Below, one piece after another: positions 26,580 through 35,810 of a DNA stretch of 55,251 bases (within the stretch, counting starts at the first letter, position 1; each line of letters begins with the position of its first letter). A program made the position numbers and the translations under genes. This DNA comes from Polyangiaceae bacterium. GTDB taxonomy: Bacteria; Myxococcota_A; Polyangia; Polyangiales; Polyangiaceae. Location: NCBI GenBank assembly GCA_036268695.1, contig DATATR010000302.1, forward strand, positions 1-55,251. The letters are read 5' to 3'. The notes beneath the pieces were generated by a model. It had not been told where the DNA came from. It saw nothing but the letters and a program-made list of their open reading frames with translations, and made no database searches.

Positions 26580-29500
26580 ATTTTACCGAAGTCTGCATTC
26601 GCCGGCCCGTGCTCGCCTGGATGCTCATGGCGGGCACGATCTTGTTCGGCTTGGTCTCGGCGTCGCGGATCGGCGTGAGCCAAATGCCGGACGTGGATTC
26701 GCCGAACGTCACCGTCTCGCTGAGTTGGCCAGGCGCGAGTCCCGAAGAAGTCGAAAGCGGCATCATCGAGCCGCTCGAAGAGTCACTCGCACAAGTCGAA
26801 GGCGTGCAGAGCATTCAGGCGACGGCGCGGCTCGGCAGCGCCCGGCTGACCGCGGTCTTCGCGCTCAATCGCAACATCGACCTCGCGTTGCAAGACGTGC
26901 AGGCCAAAGTTTCGCAGGCGCAGCGCAGTCTGCCGACTGACGTGCAGCAGCCCACCGTCTCGAAGAGCAATCCGGACGACACACCGCTGCTCACGGTCGG
27001 GCTGCGCGGCGCGTTCGCGCGCCAGGTCTTGTCCGACTACGCGCGCTATCAAGTCGAACAGAAATTGCAGACGATCCCGGGCGTCGGTCAAGTGACGACG
27101 GCAGGTTACTTGGATCGCAACATCCGCATTTGGGTCGACGCGAACAAGCTGATCGAGCGAAACGTGACGGTTTCGGACATCAATAGCGCGCTCACCAAGC
27201 AGCACGTGGTGGTGCCCGGCGGCCAGCTCGAAACACCGGGCCAAGACATCACGGTGCAAGTGCTCGGCGAAGCGCTCGACCTCGACACTTTCAAGCACAT
27301 CGTGATCAGCGACAAGAACGGCGCGCCGATCTATTTGCAAGACGTCGCGCTGATCGAAGACGGCTTCGAGGACGCGCGCACGATCGCGCGCATCGACGGA
27401 GTGCCGCTGCAAGCGATGAGCATCTTGAAGCAGCACGGGTCGAACGCGGTGACGGTCGCCTCCGACGTGCGCGCCGCGGTCGACGAGCTCAGAAAGACTC
27501 TGCCCCCGGGCATGGAAATCGACGTTTTGTTCGACACGACCGACTTCATCAAGGAGTCGGTGCACGAGATCGAAACCGAGCTGGTGCTCGCGGTCGGGCT
27601 CACTTCGCTGGTTTGTTGGCTGTTTTTGGGCTCATTTTCCGCGACGTTGAACGTGCTCTTGGCGATTCCGATGTCGCTCTTCGGCACGATTGCAGTGATC
27701 TGGACGGCGGGCTTCACGCTGAACACGTTCACGTTGCTCGGCCTATCGCTCGCCATTGGTCTCGTGGTCGACGACGCGGTGATGGTGATGGAAAACATTT
27801 ACCGTCACGGCGAGATGGGCAAAGACGGCTTCAAGGCCGCGCTCGACGGCACCGGCGAAATCACCTTCGCCGCGCTGGCCGCGACGGCCGCCGTGATCGC
27901 GATTTTCTTGCCCGTGATTTTCATGACCGGCGTGGTCGGTAAATATTTCTTCCAGTTCGGCGTGACGCTGTCCGTCGCGGTCGCGATTTCGTACGTCGAA
28001 GCCGTGACACTCGCGCCGGCCCGCTGCGCGCGCTTGCTCGCGCACCACGGTGAACCGAGCAAGATCGCACAGACCGTCGATCGGCTGTTTTCGCGGCTCG
28101 CCAATTTCTATCACCGCATGCTCTCGCTCGCGCTTAGCCATCCCTGGAAGGTGCTCGGCATTTCCATGGCCGTGACCGCGGGCTCGTTCGCGATTGGCCT
28201 CAGTTTACCCAGTGAATTTACGCCGCCGCAGGACCAATCGAGCTTCAACGTGCGCGTCACCGCACCGACCGGCAGTGACGTCGAAGAGTCGGATCGCGAG
28301 GCGACGAAGCTCGAGACCGCGCTCAACAAGCACGCCGAAGTGTCGAGCGTGATGGCGAACGTGAGCCCTGGCTCGGCGCAGCTCACCGTCAAGCTCGTGC
28401 CACCCGACCAGCGCAAGCTGACGCAGCAAGAGTTTGCCGCGCAGATGCGCAAGCAGTTCGTGATTCCGGGTTCGCGCGTGTCGATTCAAGATCCGTCGCA
28501 GCAGGGCATCGGCAGCTCGCACGGTTCGCCGGTGCAAGTATCGGTGCGCGGCTCGGATTGGAATCAACTCGTCACCACGGCGTTGAAACTGCGCGATGAT
28601 CTCGAGCACAGCGGAGTCGCGACCGACACGGACACGGACTATCAGCTCGGTTTGCCGGAAGTGATGGTCACGCCGGATCGCGCGCGCACCGCGGATCTCG
28701 GCGTCAGCATTCAGGACTTGGCTAGTACGATCAATGCGCTCGTCGGCGGCGTCGTGGTCGGCAAATATTCTTCGGGCGGGCGCCGGCTCGACGTGCGTAT
28801 GCGCATGTTGCTCTCGCAACGGCTCACGCCCGAAGACATCGGCGACATCAACGTGCGCTCGGCCAGCGGCAAAATGGTGCCGATTTCGACCATGGTCACG
28901 GTCGACGAAAAGCCGGTGCTGCAGTCGATCAATCGCATCGATCGCGAGCGCTCGGTGTCGGTGACGGCGAACGTCGCGCCGGGGCATTCGCAGTCCGAAG
29001 CGCTCTCGGTCGTCGATTCATTGACCAAGAATTTCCCTGCCGGCTACCACGCGGTGCTCGGCGGCCAGAGCAGCGACTTTCAGGATTCGATGCAGAGCCT
29101 GGGTTTCGCGCTCATGTTCGGCATCGCGGTTGCGTACATGATCCTCGCCGCGCAGTTCAACTCGTTCTTGCACCCGATCACGGTGCTCACGATTTTGCCG
29201 CTCTCGGTCGCCGGCGCGTTCCTCGGCTTGTTCGCCGGGCACAAGACGCTCAGCATCTACAGCATGATCGGTATCTTACTGCTCATGGGCATCACCAAGA
29301 AAAATTCGATCATTTTGGTGGATTACGCCAATGCCGTGCGCGCCGACAAACGCGTCGATGCGACGAGCGCGATGCTCGAGGCCGGACCGATTCGCTTACG
29401 ACCGATTTTGATGACCACGATCGCGACGATGATGGCGGCAGTGCCGTCCGCGCTTGGGCTCGGCGCGGGTTCCGAAACGCGTGGGCCGATGGCGATCGCC

Positions 29501-29647
29501 GTGCTCGGCGGGCTCACGCTGTCGACGCTCTTGAGCTTGCTGGTGGTGCCTTCGTTTTACGTCGTGGCCGATCGAATCAAGGGGCGAATTACCGGTAAAT
29601 CCACGCTCCCCGTGCAGCATTTGCCTGATCCGTCGCCGACGGCGTGA
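26576..29647 (+). CDS. RND efflux permease (AcrB/MdtBC-like)
   Basis: 1023 aa with I.RPV, GLVVDDAV.V.EN, KKNSIILVD and RLRPILMTT motifs. Confidence 0.96.
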   Translation: MNFTEVCIRRPVLAWMLMAGTILFGLVSASRIGVSQMPDVDSPNVTVSLSWPGASPEEVESGIIEPLEESLAQVEGVQSIQATARLGSARLTAVFALNRNIDLALQDVQAKVSQAQRSLPTDVQQPTVSKSNPDDTPLLTVGLRGAFARQVLSDYARYQVEQKLQTIPGVGQVTTAGYLDRNIRIWVDANKLIERNVTVSDINSALTKQHVVVPGGQLETPGQDITVQVLGEALDLDTFKHIVISDKNGAPIYLQDVALIEDGFEDARTIARIDGVPLQAMSILKQHGSNAVTVASDVRAAVDELRKTLPPGMEIDVLFDTTDFIKESVHEIETELVLAVGLTSLVCWLFLGSFSATLNVLLAIPMSLFGTIAVIWTAGFTLNTFTLLGLSLAIGLVVDDAVMVMENIYRHGEMGKDGFKAALDGTGEITFAALAATAAVIAIFLPVIFMTGVVGKYFFQFGVTLSVAVAISYVEAVTLAPARCARLLAHHGEPSKIAQTVDRLFSRLANFYHRMLSLALSHPWKVLGISMAVTAGSFAIGLSLPSEFTPPQDQSSFNVRVTAPTGSDVEESDREATKLETALNKHAEVSSVMANVSPGSAQLTVKLVPPDQRKLTQQEFAAQMRKQFVIPGSRVSIQDPSQQGIGSSHGSPVQVSVRGSDWNQLVTTALKLRDDLEHSGVATDTDTDYQLGLPEVMVTPDRARTADLGVSIQDLASTINALVGGVVVGKYSSGGRRLDVRMRMLLSQRLTPEDIGDINVRSASGKMVPISTMVTVDEKPVLQSINRIDRERSVSVTANVAPGHSQSEALSVVDSLTKNFPAGYHAVLGGQSSDFQDSMQSLGFALMFGIAVAYMILAAQFNSFLHPITVLTILPLSVAGAFLGLFAGHKTLSIYSMIGILLLMGITKKNSIILVDYANAVRADKRVDATSAMLEAGPIRLRPILMTTIATMMAAVPSALGLGAGSETRGPMAIAVLGGLTLSTLLSLLVVPSFYVVADRIKGRITGKSTLPVQHLPDPSPTA

Positions 29648-29742
29648 CGCACAGGAGCACCCCCCAAAAAAAGTAAAAAGCTGCGGCCGAGTCGTCGCCA
29701 TGGCCCCAGCGTTCGCAGCGCGCGTTACGGTTTCGGCGGAGC

Positions 29743-31014
29743 TCAGTAGACGCGATACTGCCCGCTCAGGACGAGCAAGCTCACGAGATAGAGAATGCCG
29801 TCGTAGTAACGCGGATCGCCGCTCGGGATCGCCATGTTCCAAACTGAATTGACGAAGTCGGCGCGATTCGTGCGTGAAGACGCGACCGCGAGCGCGCCAT
29901 TCGTGGCGGTGAGCCCGAACTCGTGCGTCGCGTCGACGACCGTGCCGTCGAGCTCGTAGGTCTTGCCCGTACTGTTGATGCCTTGAATCGTGAAGAAGCC
30001 GAGCACGCGATCGGCTTCCATGCCTTCCGTGCTCGGTGCTTTGCCCCACAAAGCGTCGAGCGCGAGGTTGAGCTCGGTGCGATAGCCTTGCGGTAGAAAC
30101 GTGTCGAAGTTCGGCACCGGCGAGCCATCGAAGTAACTGCGCATCGGCCAAAGCCCGGTGCTCGCGTTTGCGGTGGCGGCCAGGTGCGCGCGCGCGGCGG
30201 CCGCTGCGCTGGTCCAAAAAGCGTTCCCCGTCGCCTCTGCCCAGAGTTCATAAAATGGCGGAATTTCCAGGGCGGAGCGCGTGTAGCCGGCGTTTGCCGG
30301 CGTTGGTTGTTCGCGCACGAGCGCCGTCGTCGGGTCGAACACACTGATGATGCTCGAGCTCGCGCCGCCGTTTTCTTGTTGTTTGTTTTGCAGTAAATCG
30401 AGTAGCGCGAGCGCTTCGCTCGCGTACGAAGTCGCGCCGCTCGGATCCCAGCGATCGTGCGCGAAGATCAACGCGGTCACGAATTGTTCCATGCCGTAGG
30501 GATCGAGGCACGGCGTCGTGTCGTCGCACACCGAATTGAAATAGCCTTGGCCCGGGCCGCTCGTCTGCTCGAGCGAAGCTTTGGCATACGCCCACAGCCG
30601 ATCGAATTCGTCTCGCTTGTCGAGCTCGACCGCCACGATCATGCACGTGCCGATGCCTTCGCTGCGCACGTCGCCGTGCAGAACGTCCGTGATTTTGGCT
30701 TGATCAGTGCCGACTTGGACGTAAATGGCCTGCGTCGACGGATCGCCGTGAAAGAGCTGTGCGAACGCGGCCGCGAGCTTGGCGGAGATGTCCGCGTCGC
30801 TCTTGCCGGCGAGATCGCGGAACGCATTGCCGTAACTCGCCGGCCCGACCAGCGGCGTGAGCGTGCTCGGTCCGCCATCGATGGTGCCCACTGCTTCGGG
30901 ATCCGTGCCGAGCGAGTCGAGCGTGCTCGTGCAGCCGCCGAGTGCGATGAGCAAACCCATGGCAAACGCGGCGCGGCAGAATCGCGCGCGTGGCCGCACA
31001 AGAGCGCCGTTCAT
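29743..31014 (-). CDS. Glycoside hydrolase family 8 (Rex/xylanase-like) lipoprotein, possibly catalytically altered
   Basis: Lipobox LGGC, DVRSEG, FDRLW.YAK, AL.FA..RW and C-terminal RYYD..LY..SLL.LSG.Y motifs. Confidence 0.82.
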   Translation of the reverse strand: MNGALVRPRARFCRAAFAMGLLIALGGCTSTLDSLGTDPEAVGTIDGGPSTLTPLVGPASYGNAFRDLAGKSDADISAKLAAAFAQLFHGDPSTQAIYVQVGTDQAKITDVLHGDVRSEGIGTCMIVAVELDKRDEFDRLWAYAKASLEQTSGPGQGYFNSVCDDTTPCLDPYGMEQFVTALIFAHDRWDPSGATSYASEALALLDLLQNKQQENGGASSSIISVFDPTTALVREQPTPANAGYTRSALEIPPFYELWAEATGNAFWTSAAAAARAHLAATANASTGLWPMRSYFDGSPVPNFDTFLPQGYRTELNLALDALWGKAPSTEGMEADRVLGFFTIQGINSTGKTYELDGTVVDATHEFGLTATNGALAVASSRTNRADFVNSVWNMAIPSGDPRYYDGILYLVSLLVLSGQYRVY

Positions 31015-31724
31015 TGCTCTGCGTAAGCGCGCACGCGCGACGCGAGAAGACTGTCGGGGTGACGCTTCATGAAGGCTTGTGCGCGTTTCTTCGCTGTCGC
31101 AGTTTGCCCGCTCTTCGCCAGCGCCTCGATGCGCACTACTTCGGCTTCGAGGCCCAATTTCCCGTGCGGAAATTGATGCGCGTATTGATCCAGATCACTC
31201 AGCGCGGCGCTCGGGTTGCCGCCAGCAAGTGCCGAGCGCGCCGTATCGAGCGCGTTGAGCTCGGCTGAAAGTGCCGAAGCAGAGCTCGGCTTGGCTTCGG
31301 CATGCGCGACTGCGCTAGCGCTGTTCGATGCTGATTCGGCGGTTGACTCCGCGCTCGGCGTTGGTTCGGGAGCGGTATCGTTTACTACCGTGCTCTCTGG
31401 CGCGACGGCGCTTGGAGCCGCGTTCGTCGTCGCGATAGCGACTGCACTCGGTGCAGCCGGAGGCGCGGCGCGATGTCGCAAGTATTGCACTGCGGGCACC
31501 ACGCCGCCGACGATCAGCGCCGTCGCCGCTGCCCATTTGACGATTGTGGCTTTCGTCACCGCGGATGCCGCTGTGGTCGACGATGCGGTCACACCCACGA
31601 TGCCGAGCGCAGCCAAAGCTTTCGATCGACTCGAAGTGGGCGCGGTGTACGAACGACCTGCGCGTAAAAGCGAGCGCTCGAGCTCGCTCTCCGGTTCATC
31701 GTAAAGTCGCGTCGGCTCGTTCAT
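31011..31724 (-). CDS. Membrane-anchored anti-sigma-like protein with C-terminal TPR-like domain
   Basis: Translationally coupled to the ECF sigma gene. One TM helix, Ala/Pro/Ser linker, and an LSAEL.ALD.AR.AL...Y...FP.G.L..EA helical domain. Confidence 0.72.
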   Translation of the reverse strand: MNEPTRLYDEPESELERSLLRAGRSYTAPTSSRSKALAALGIVGVTASSTTAASAVTKATIVKWAAATALIVGGVVPAVQYLRHRAAPPAAPSAVAIATTNAAPSAVAPESTVVNDTAPEPTPSAESTAESASNSASAVAHAEAKPSSASALSAELNALDTARSALAGGNPSAALSDLDQYAHQFPHGKLGLEAEVVRIEALAKSGQTATAKKRAQAFMKRHPDSLLASRVRAYAEQ

Positions 31725-32329
31725 GATCCGACCTCCGCGTGGGGGAACGACGACAGCGCGCGCACGCGATCGCGGAAATCCGCGCGCGCTCGTCTGAGGC
31801 GTGATGCGACGGTGCCCTGCGGAATCTCGAGCGCGTGCGCAATCTCGATCATGCTGAGCTCTTCCAGCTCGTACAGCACGAACACCATGCGCAAATCCGC
31901 TGCCATGGTGGCGAGCACCTGGTCGAGCAGCTCACGGGCGCGCTTTTGATCGAGTAGCTGCTCGGTTTGCATCGGCACTTGGACGCGAAGCTCCGCGTCC
32001 GAATCGTGCACTTCGCGGCGCCGCGCGACGGTGCGCCGAGCGTGCGCGGCCATGCGCAGCGCGGTTTGCAGCAAAAAGCTCTTTTCGGCTTCGGGCCGCA
32101 CGTCATCCAGGCGATTCGAAACCGCGATGAACGTGCGTTGCACGTCGTCGTCGATTTCGGCCTCTGGCGTGCCCGCATTTCGCAACACACGCGCGACGAA
32201 ATCGATGTACCGATCGACCATGGCGCGCAGGCGCGTCTCGCGTTCGCTCGCGCGGCTCACGCTTCGAAACGTAGCGATCGACAGCTGGGCTGGCAACCAC
32301 AGTGCCGGTGTGGGCGAATTGGCTACCAT
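31721..32329 (-). CDS. ECF RNA polymerase sigma factor
   Basis: DD.VQ.TF and R.VFVLYELE.LS..EIA.AL.IP.GTVASRLRRAR motifs. Start uncertain. Confidence 0.92.
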   Translation of the reverse strand: MVANSPTPALWLPAQLSIATFRSVSRASERETRLRAMVDRYIDFVARVLRNAGTPEAEIDDDVQRTFIAVSNRLDDVRPEAEKSFLLQTALRMAAHARRTVARRREVHDSDAELRVQVPMQTEQLLDQKRARELLDQVLATMAADLRMVFVLYELEELSMIEIAHALEIPQGTVASRLRRARADFRDRVRALSSFPHAEVGS

Positions 32330-32404
32330 TGGCAGGAGCGATCCTGAACCGAATATTCCCGCAGCCGAACAAACTGATCACGCTGTCCGAAGCGCGTGAT
32401 TCGT

Positions 32405-33361
32405 CTAGAAGCGGTAACCCAAACCCAAACGTAAGATCGGCGAAATAACCGGCGTTTCGGCGATGATTCGCGTGGGAGCAGTCTCGTAGAAGCGGCGCTT
32501 TTCGAGCGCCGCGCTGGCGCCGAGCGCGCTCTCGAACACGAAACCTCGGCCGAGCAGGACCGAGAGTTTGAAGTCCAAGCCCGCACTCCACCAGCCGCGC
32601 GAGACCGTCGCGGGTTCGGCGATGCCACGCCCGGTCGCGCCGAGCACGCCGCCGAGTCCGAGCGCGCAGGGCGCGAGCTCGATGCCGCCGAAGCGAAACC
32701 CGACTGGACAGGCGTCGAGCGCGAGCGCCACGAATTCGGAGCGATGGTCGCTCGGCTCACTGACGAGCCCCGAATCGGCGAATAGCAACGAAAGCTCGAG
32801 TGACGAATCGTAGCTCTCGCCGATGTCGCGCACGAACGTCGCGGACAGCGCGCCTCCGGTGCCAAGCTCGGAGCTCAGCGCTTCGGTGGCAACCGTGTCG
32901 AGCCCGAGTTCGACGTGCAACTCGGGCGCACGTTCGACGATCACCGTGCGCGGCTCGGGCGCCGGCGGACAGACGACCGCTTCCGGCGCGGGCTTCGGCG
33001 CTGGCGTTTCGCGCGGCGCATGCGCGTTCGGATCGACCGAGAGCGCGATCGTCAATGAAAGCGCTTCCACCACTTCTTTGCAGGTGGCGCCTTCGACGCT
33101 GCGTGCGGAACTTTCGTTGTGATTTACCGTCTCGCGGACTTCGCCGGTGAAGCCGCGCTCGCCGCGCGTGAGCCGCACGTTCACGTCGACCGCGGGCTCG
33201 TCGCCCGCGGCGCGGCGCGCGTGATCGGTGCGCGCGCGGATCGCGTCGTAGAGCTCCGCTTCACTCGGGCACGACGCGGGCGCATCGTACTCGATTCTGA
33301 GCGCCGTCGTGTCCTCGCCGAGCGCGAAGAAAAGCATGGACGCGGCCGCGAGCAGGGGCAC
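32405..33361 (-). CDS. Hypothetical exported protein with C-terminal beta-barrel-like domain
   Basis: Cys-containing N-domain (CPSE..., TC.EVVEAL), Pro linker, alternating beta-strand pattern ending LGLGYRF. Confidence 0.65.
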   Translation of the reverse strand: MPLLAAASMLFFALGEDTTALRIEYDAPASCPSEAELYDAIRARTDHARRAAGDEPAVDVNVRLTRGERGFTGEVRETVNHNESSARSVEGATCKEVVEALSLTIALSVDPNAHAPRETPAPKPAPEAVVCPPAPEPRTVIVERAPELHVELGLDTVATEALSSELGTGGALSATFVRDIGESYDSSLELSLLFADSGLVSEPSDHRSEFVALALDACPVGFRFGGIELAPCALGLGGVLGATGRGIAEPATVSRGWWSAGLDFKLSVLLGRGFVFESALGASAALEKRRFYETAPTRIIAETPVISPILRLGLGYRF

Positions 33362-33388
33362 GCGCCGAGCGTCGCACGGGCGTCCGGC

Positions 33389-33805
33389 TCAGGGCAATGG
33401 CTCGAGCGGGCCGCTCGTGGGCGCGCGGCTATCGCTCTCTTTGATCAGCGCGTCGTAGCGCGTTCGTTGATCCGGGCGGAGCGCGCCGCGAATCTCGACG
33501 TCCATGCGCGCCTTTTGGGCGCGCAGTGGGTCGCCGCAGCGATCGAGCATTTCCCGCGCGAGCTTGCGCCGCTCGGGGCTGTACTTGCTGACGATCGCAC
33601 GGACTTGGTCGCTTTGTGCGTCGTCCAAACCCAAGCGATGGGACAGCGCATTGATGCGGCGGTGTTCGAACACCGAATAGCGATCGCGAAAAAGGCCCGC
33701 GTAGCGCCGCTGCAACATGGCGCGCGAGCCTGCGCCGCCGATCAAAAGCCCGAGCACGAACACGAGCAACAAGGCGCCGAGGCCCTTGACTCGAGCGCGA
33801 TCCAT
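33389..33805 (-). CDS. Membrane-anchored Spy/CpxP/ZraP-like periplasmic protein
   Basis: Start re-set to ATG 33805. TM helix, then LGLDDAQ and LRPDQR motifs. Confidence 0.7.
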   Translation of the reverse strand: MDRARVKGLGALLLVFVLGLLIGGAGSRAMLQRRYAGLFRDRYSVFEHRRINALSHRLGLDDAQSDQVRAIVSKYSPERRKLAREMLDRCGDPLRAQKARMDVEIRGALRPDQRTRYDALIKESDSRAPTSGPLEPLP

Positions 33806-34077
33806 CACTCGAGCTCCACGGACGCGTACGAAGTCGCGATCTCGTCGTCCACGGAGCGATCGACTTGGACGGCCCAAACCACGGCCAAAGCCGCCGCGAT
33901 CGCCGCGATTGGTACCAGCCTGCGCGCTGAAAACCAGGCGCCTTCGAGCAAGCTCGGCGCGGCCTCTTCGTTCACTGCCTGCATCACGCGCGCGGAGAAG
34001 CCCGCGCTCGGACGGAGCGCTTCGGTACTACGCGCGAGCCGAGCCAAACGTTGATCGATGTCTTCGTAGTCGGTCAC
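33805..34077 (-). CDS. Small anti-sigma-like membrane protein
   Basis: GTG 34077 overlaps the sigma stop codon. P..GF..RVM motif and one TM helix. Confidence 0.7.
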   Translation of the reverse strand: MTDYEDIDQRLARLARSTEALRPSAGFSARVMQAVNEEAAPSLLEGAWFSARRLVPIAAIAAALAVVWAVQVDRSVDDEIATSYASVELE

Positions 34078-34604
34078 GGCTGTTGTCTCCTCTGGCGCAG
34101 CGCGGCGCGCGCGCGCACCAAGCGTTGCTCCACGGCGCCTTCGCTCACGCCCATCACTTCGGCGATTTCGCCGTTGTTCAAGCCTTCGAAGCTCTGCAGC
34201 ACGAGCGCCGCGCGTTGATCCTCGGGTAAATCTCGGAGCCAATCGTCGAGCTCCGAGAGCGCGAGCCGCGCCTCGGCGAAGGCTGCGCCGTCCCAGCTCG
34301 GATCGATCTGCACATCGCTTGCTTCGCCGCGCCGCTGGCGCCCGCGCTTGGCGTCGATCGCGCCGTTGACGACGATGCGGTAGAGCCAGGTCGCAGTGCT
34401 CGAGCGGCGATCGAATTCGCCCGCGCAGAGCGCGCGAAAAGCTTTGATGTAAGCTTCCTGCACCACGTCCTCGGCGTCTGCTTGATTGCCCATGATCCTA
34501 GCGCTCAGTCGAACGAGCCGGACGCTCGTTGCGTCCACGATTTGTTGAAAGGCCAAGTGGTCCCCGCTCAGGACTCGATCGACGGCCTTCTCGAGTGTGT
34601 CCAA
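34074..34604 (-). CDS. ECF RNA polymerase sigma factor
   Basis: GD..AF, AEDVVQEA, TWLYRI..N and LP..QR.AL.L...EG....EIA motifs. TTG start. Confidence 0.93.
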   Translation of the reverse strand: MDTLEKAVDRVLSGDHLAFQQIVDATSVRLVRLSARIMGNQADAEDVVQEAYIKAFRALCAGEFDRRSSTATWLYRIVVNGAIDAKRGRQRRGEASDVQIDPSWDGAAFAEARLALSELDDWLRDLPEDQRAALVLQSFEGLNNGEIAEVMGVSEGAVEQRLVRARAALRQRRQQP

Positions 34605-34647
34605 TGGCTCTCTCCGCGACCTTCACGTTTCCTCTTCTTACGTGGTT

Positions 34648-34675
34648 CGACGCCGGTTCCGGCCCTCTTCCTACG
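34648..34675 (-). promoter_or_regulatory. Candidate ECF promoter CGTAGG-N17-CGTCG (copy 2, autoregulatory)
   Basis: The minus strand reads CGTAGG-aagagggccggaaccgg-CGTCG upstream of the sigma gene. Confidence 0.75.
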
Positions 34676-34783
34676 CGCGCCCGCATTTTTGTCCGCGCGA
34701 GCTCGGTCCAGAAACCCGCCTTTTCACTAACGTGCGGCAATTCCAAGGTAAATGCGTCAAGATCCAAAAAAATTCGGGCCGTT

Positions 34784-34811
34784 CGTAGGGTCCCCGGGTG
34801 CCGCTCCGTCG
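34784..34811 (+). promoter_or_regulatory. Candidate ECF promoter CGTAGG-N17-CGTCG (copy 3)
   Basis: CGTAGG-gtccccgggtgccgctc-CGTCG upstream of the EF-hand lipoprotein gene. Confidence 0.75.
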
Positions 34812-34843
34812 GATGGATTGAAAGTGAAGGAGACCAAAACATC

Positions 34844-35536
34844 ATGCGCACTTCGATCCTGACCTGTGTCGCTTCTGGTTTTATTGCCTTGTCGCTGGCT
34901 GCTTGTTCCGCCGCGAACAACGAGCCGGTCGATCAGAGCGCGGCCGCGGAGACGGCGGGATTGACCGCGCCGGCTGCGCCCGCTCCGACGGCCAGCGTCG
35001 CGATGGCTGAACACCACGGTCGTCACATGCCCGACCCGGCTGCGATCGTGAAGCGCTTCGACAAGAACGGCGACGGTGTCTTGCAAGTGAGCGAGCTGCC
35101 GGAGCGGATGCAAAAATTCATGGGCAAGGCCGACACCAATGGTGACGGCGTGCTCACGGTCGACGAGCTCAAGGCGGGCGAAGACAAGCTGCGCGCGGAG
35201 TTCATCGCCAAGGCCGACACCAACCACGACGGCGTGGTGAGCCCCGAAGAACGCAAAGCAGCGTTCGAGCAGTTCGCCGAGAAGCGCTTCCAGAAAGCCG
35301 ACAAGAACGGCGACGGTGCCCTGACCAAAGACGAAGTCGGCGACAAGCGCTGGGCCTGGCTGAGCAAGGCCGACGCGGATGGCAACGGCGCGGTGACCGA
35401 AGCGGAGATTCGCACCGCGTTCGAGAACGGCACCTTGACCTTCCCGCGCCACGGGCATCATGGCCATCACCATGGTGACGGCGCGAGCGCTCCGCCCGCG
35501 GCTGGCTCGGCCGCACCCGCGCCGACCGGCACGTGA
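34844..35536 (+). CDS. EF-hand lipoprotein (five loops) with His-rich tail
   Basis: AAGGAG RBS, ATG 34844, lipobox LAAC. Loops DKNGDG, DTNGDG, DTNHDG, DKNGDG and DADGNG, then HGHHGHHHG. Confidence 0.9.
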   Translation: MRTSILTCVASGFIALSLAACSAANNEPVDQSAAAETAGLTAPAAPAPTASVAMAEHHGRHMPDPAAIVKRFDKNGDGVLQVSELPERMQKFMGKADTNGDGVLTVDELKAGEDKLRAEFIAKADTNHDGVVSPEERKAAFEQFAEKRFQKADKNGDGALTKDEVGDKRWAWLSKADADGNGAVTEAEIRTAFENGTLTFPRHGHHGHHHGDGASAPPAAGSAAPAPTGT

Positions 35537-35810
35537 GACTAGGCAAACCAAAAAAATAAACCCGAGGGATGGAGTCGCTCGGTCGACTACGCGAGGCGTC
35601 ACGACGAAAAGATCGTTCTGGCGCCTTCGGCGTTTGTGGCCCAAATGAACAACCCGATCGAAAAGCTTCGCAAGGAGCTTTCGTATGGCGCTGTGCGCGG
35701 CAAAGCGCGGCTGTAGGTGGGGTTAATTCGTCGTTGATCGCGCCGTTCAAAGGTGAGGAGATCTCGGCTTTGTTCGCCTCTTCTGTGGTTCGAGCGGTGA
35801 CGGTTTAAGC

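Noticed and set aside
35541-35640. GGCAAACC as the start of a c-di-GMP-I riboswitch
   Set aside because: The following stem with a GNRA loop and the GACGCAAAGC element are missing.
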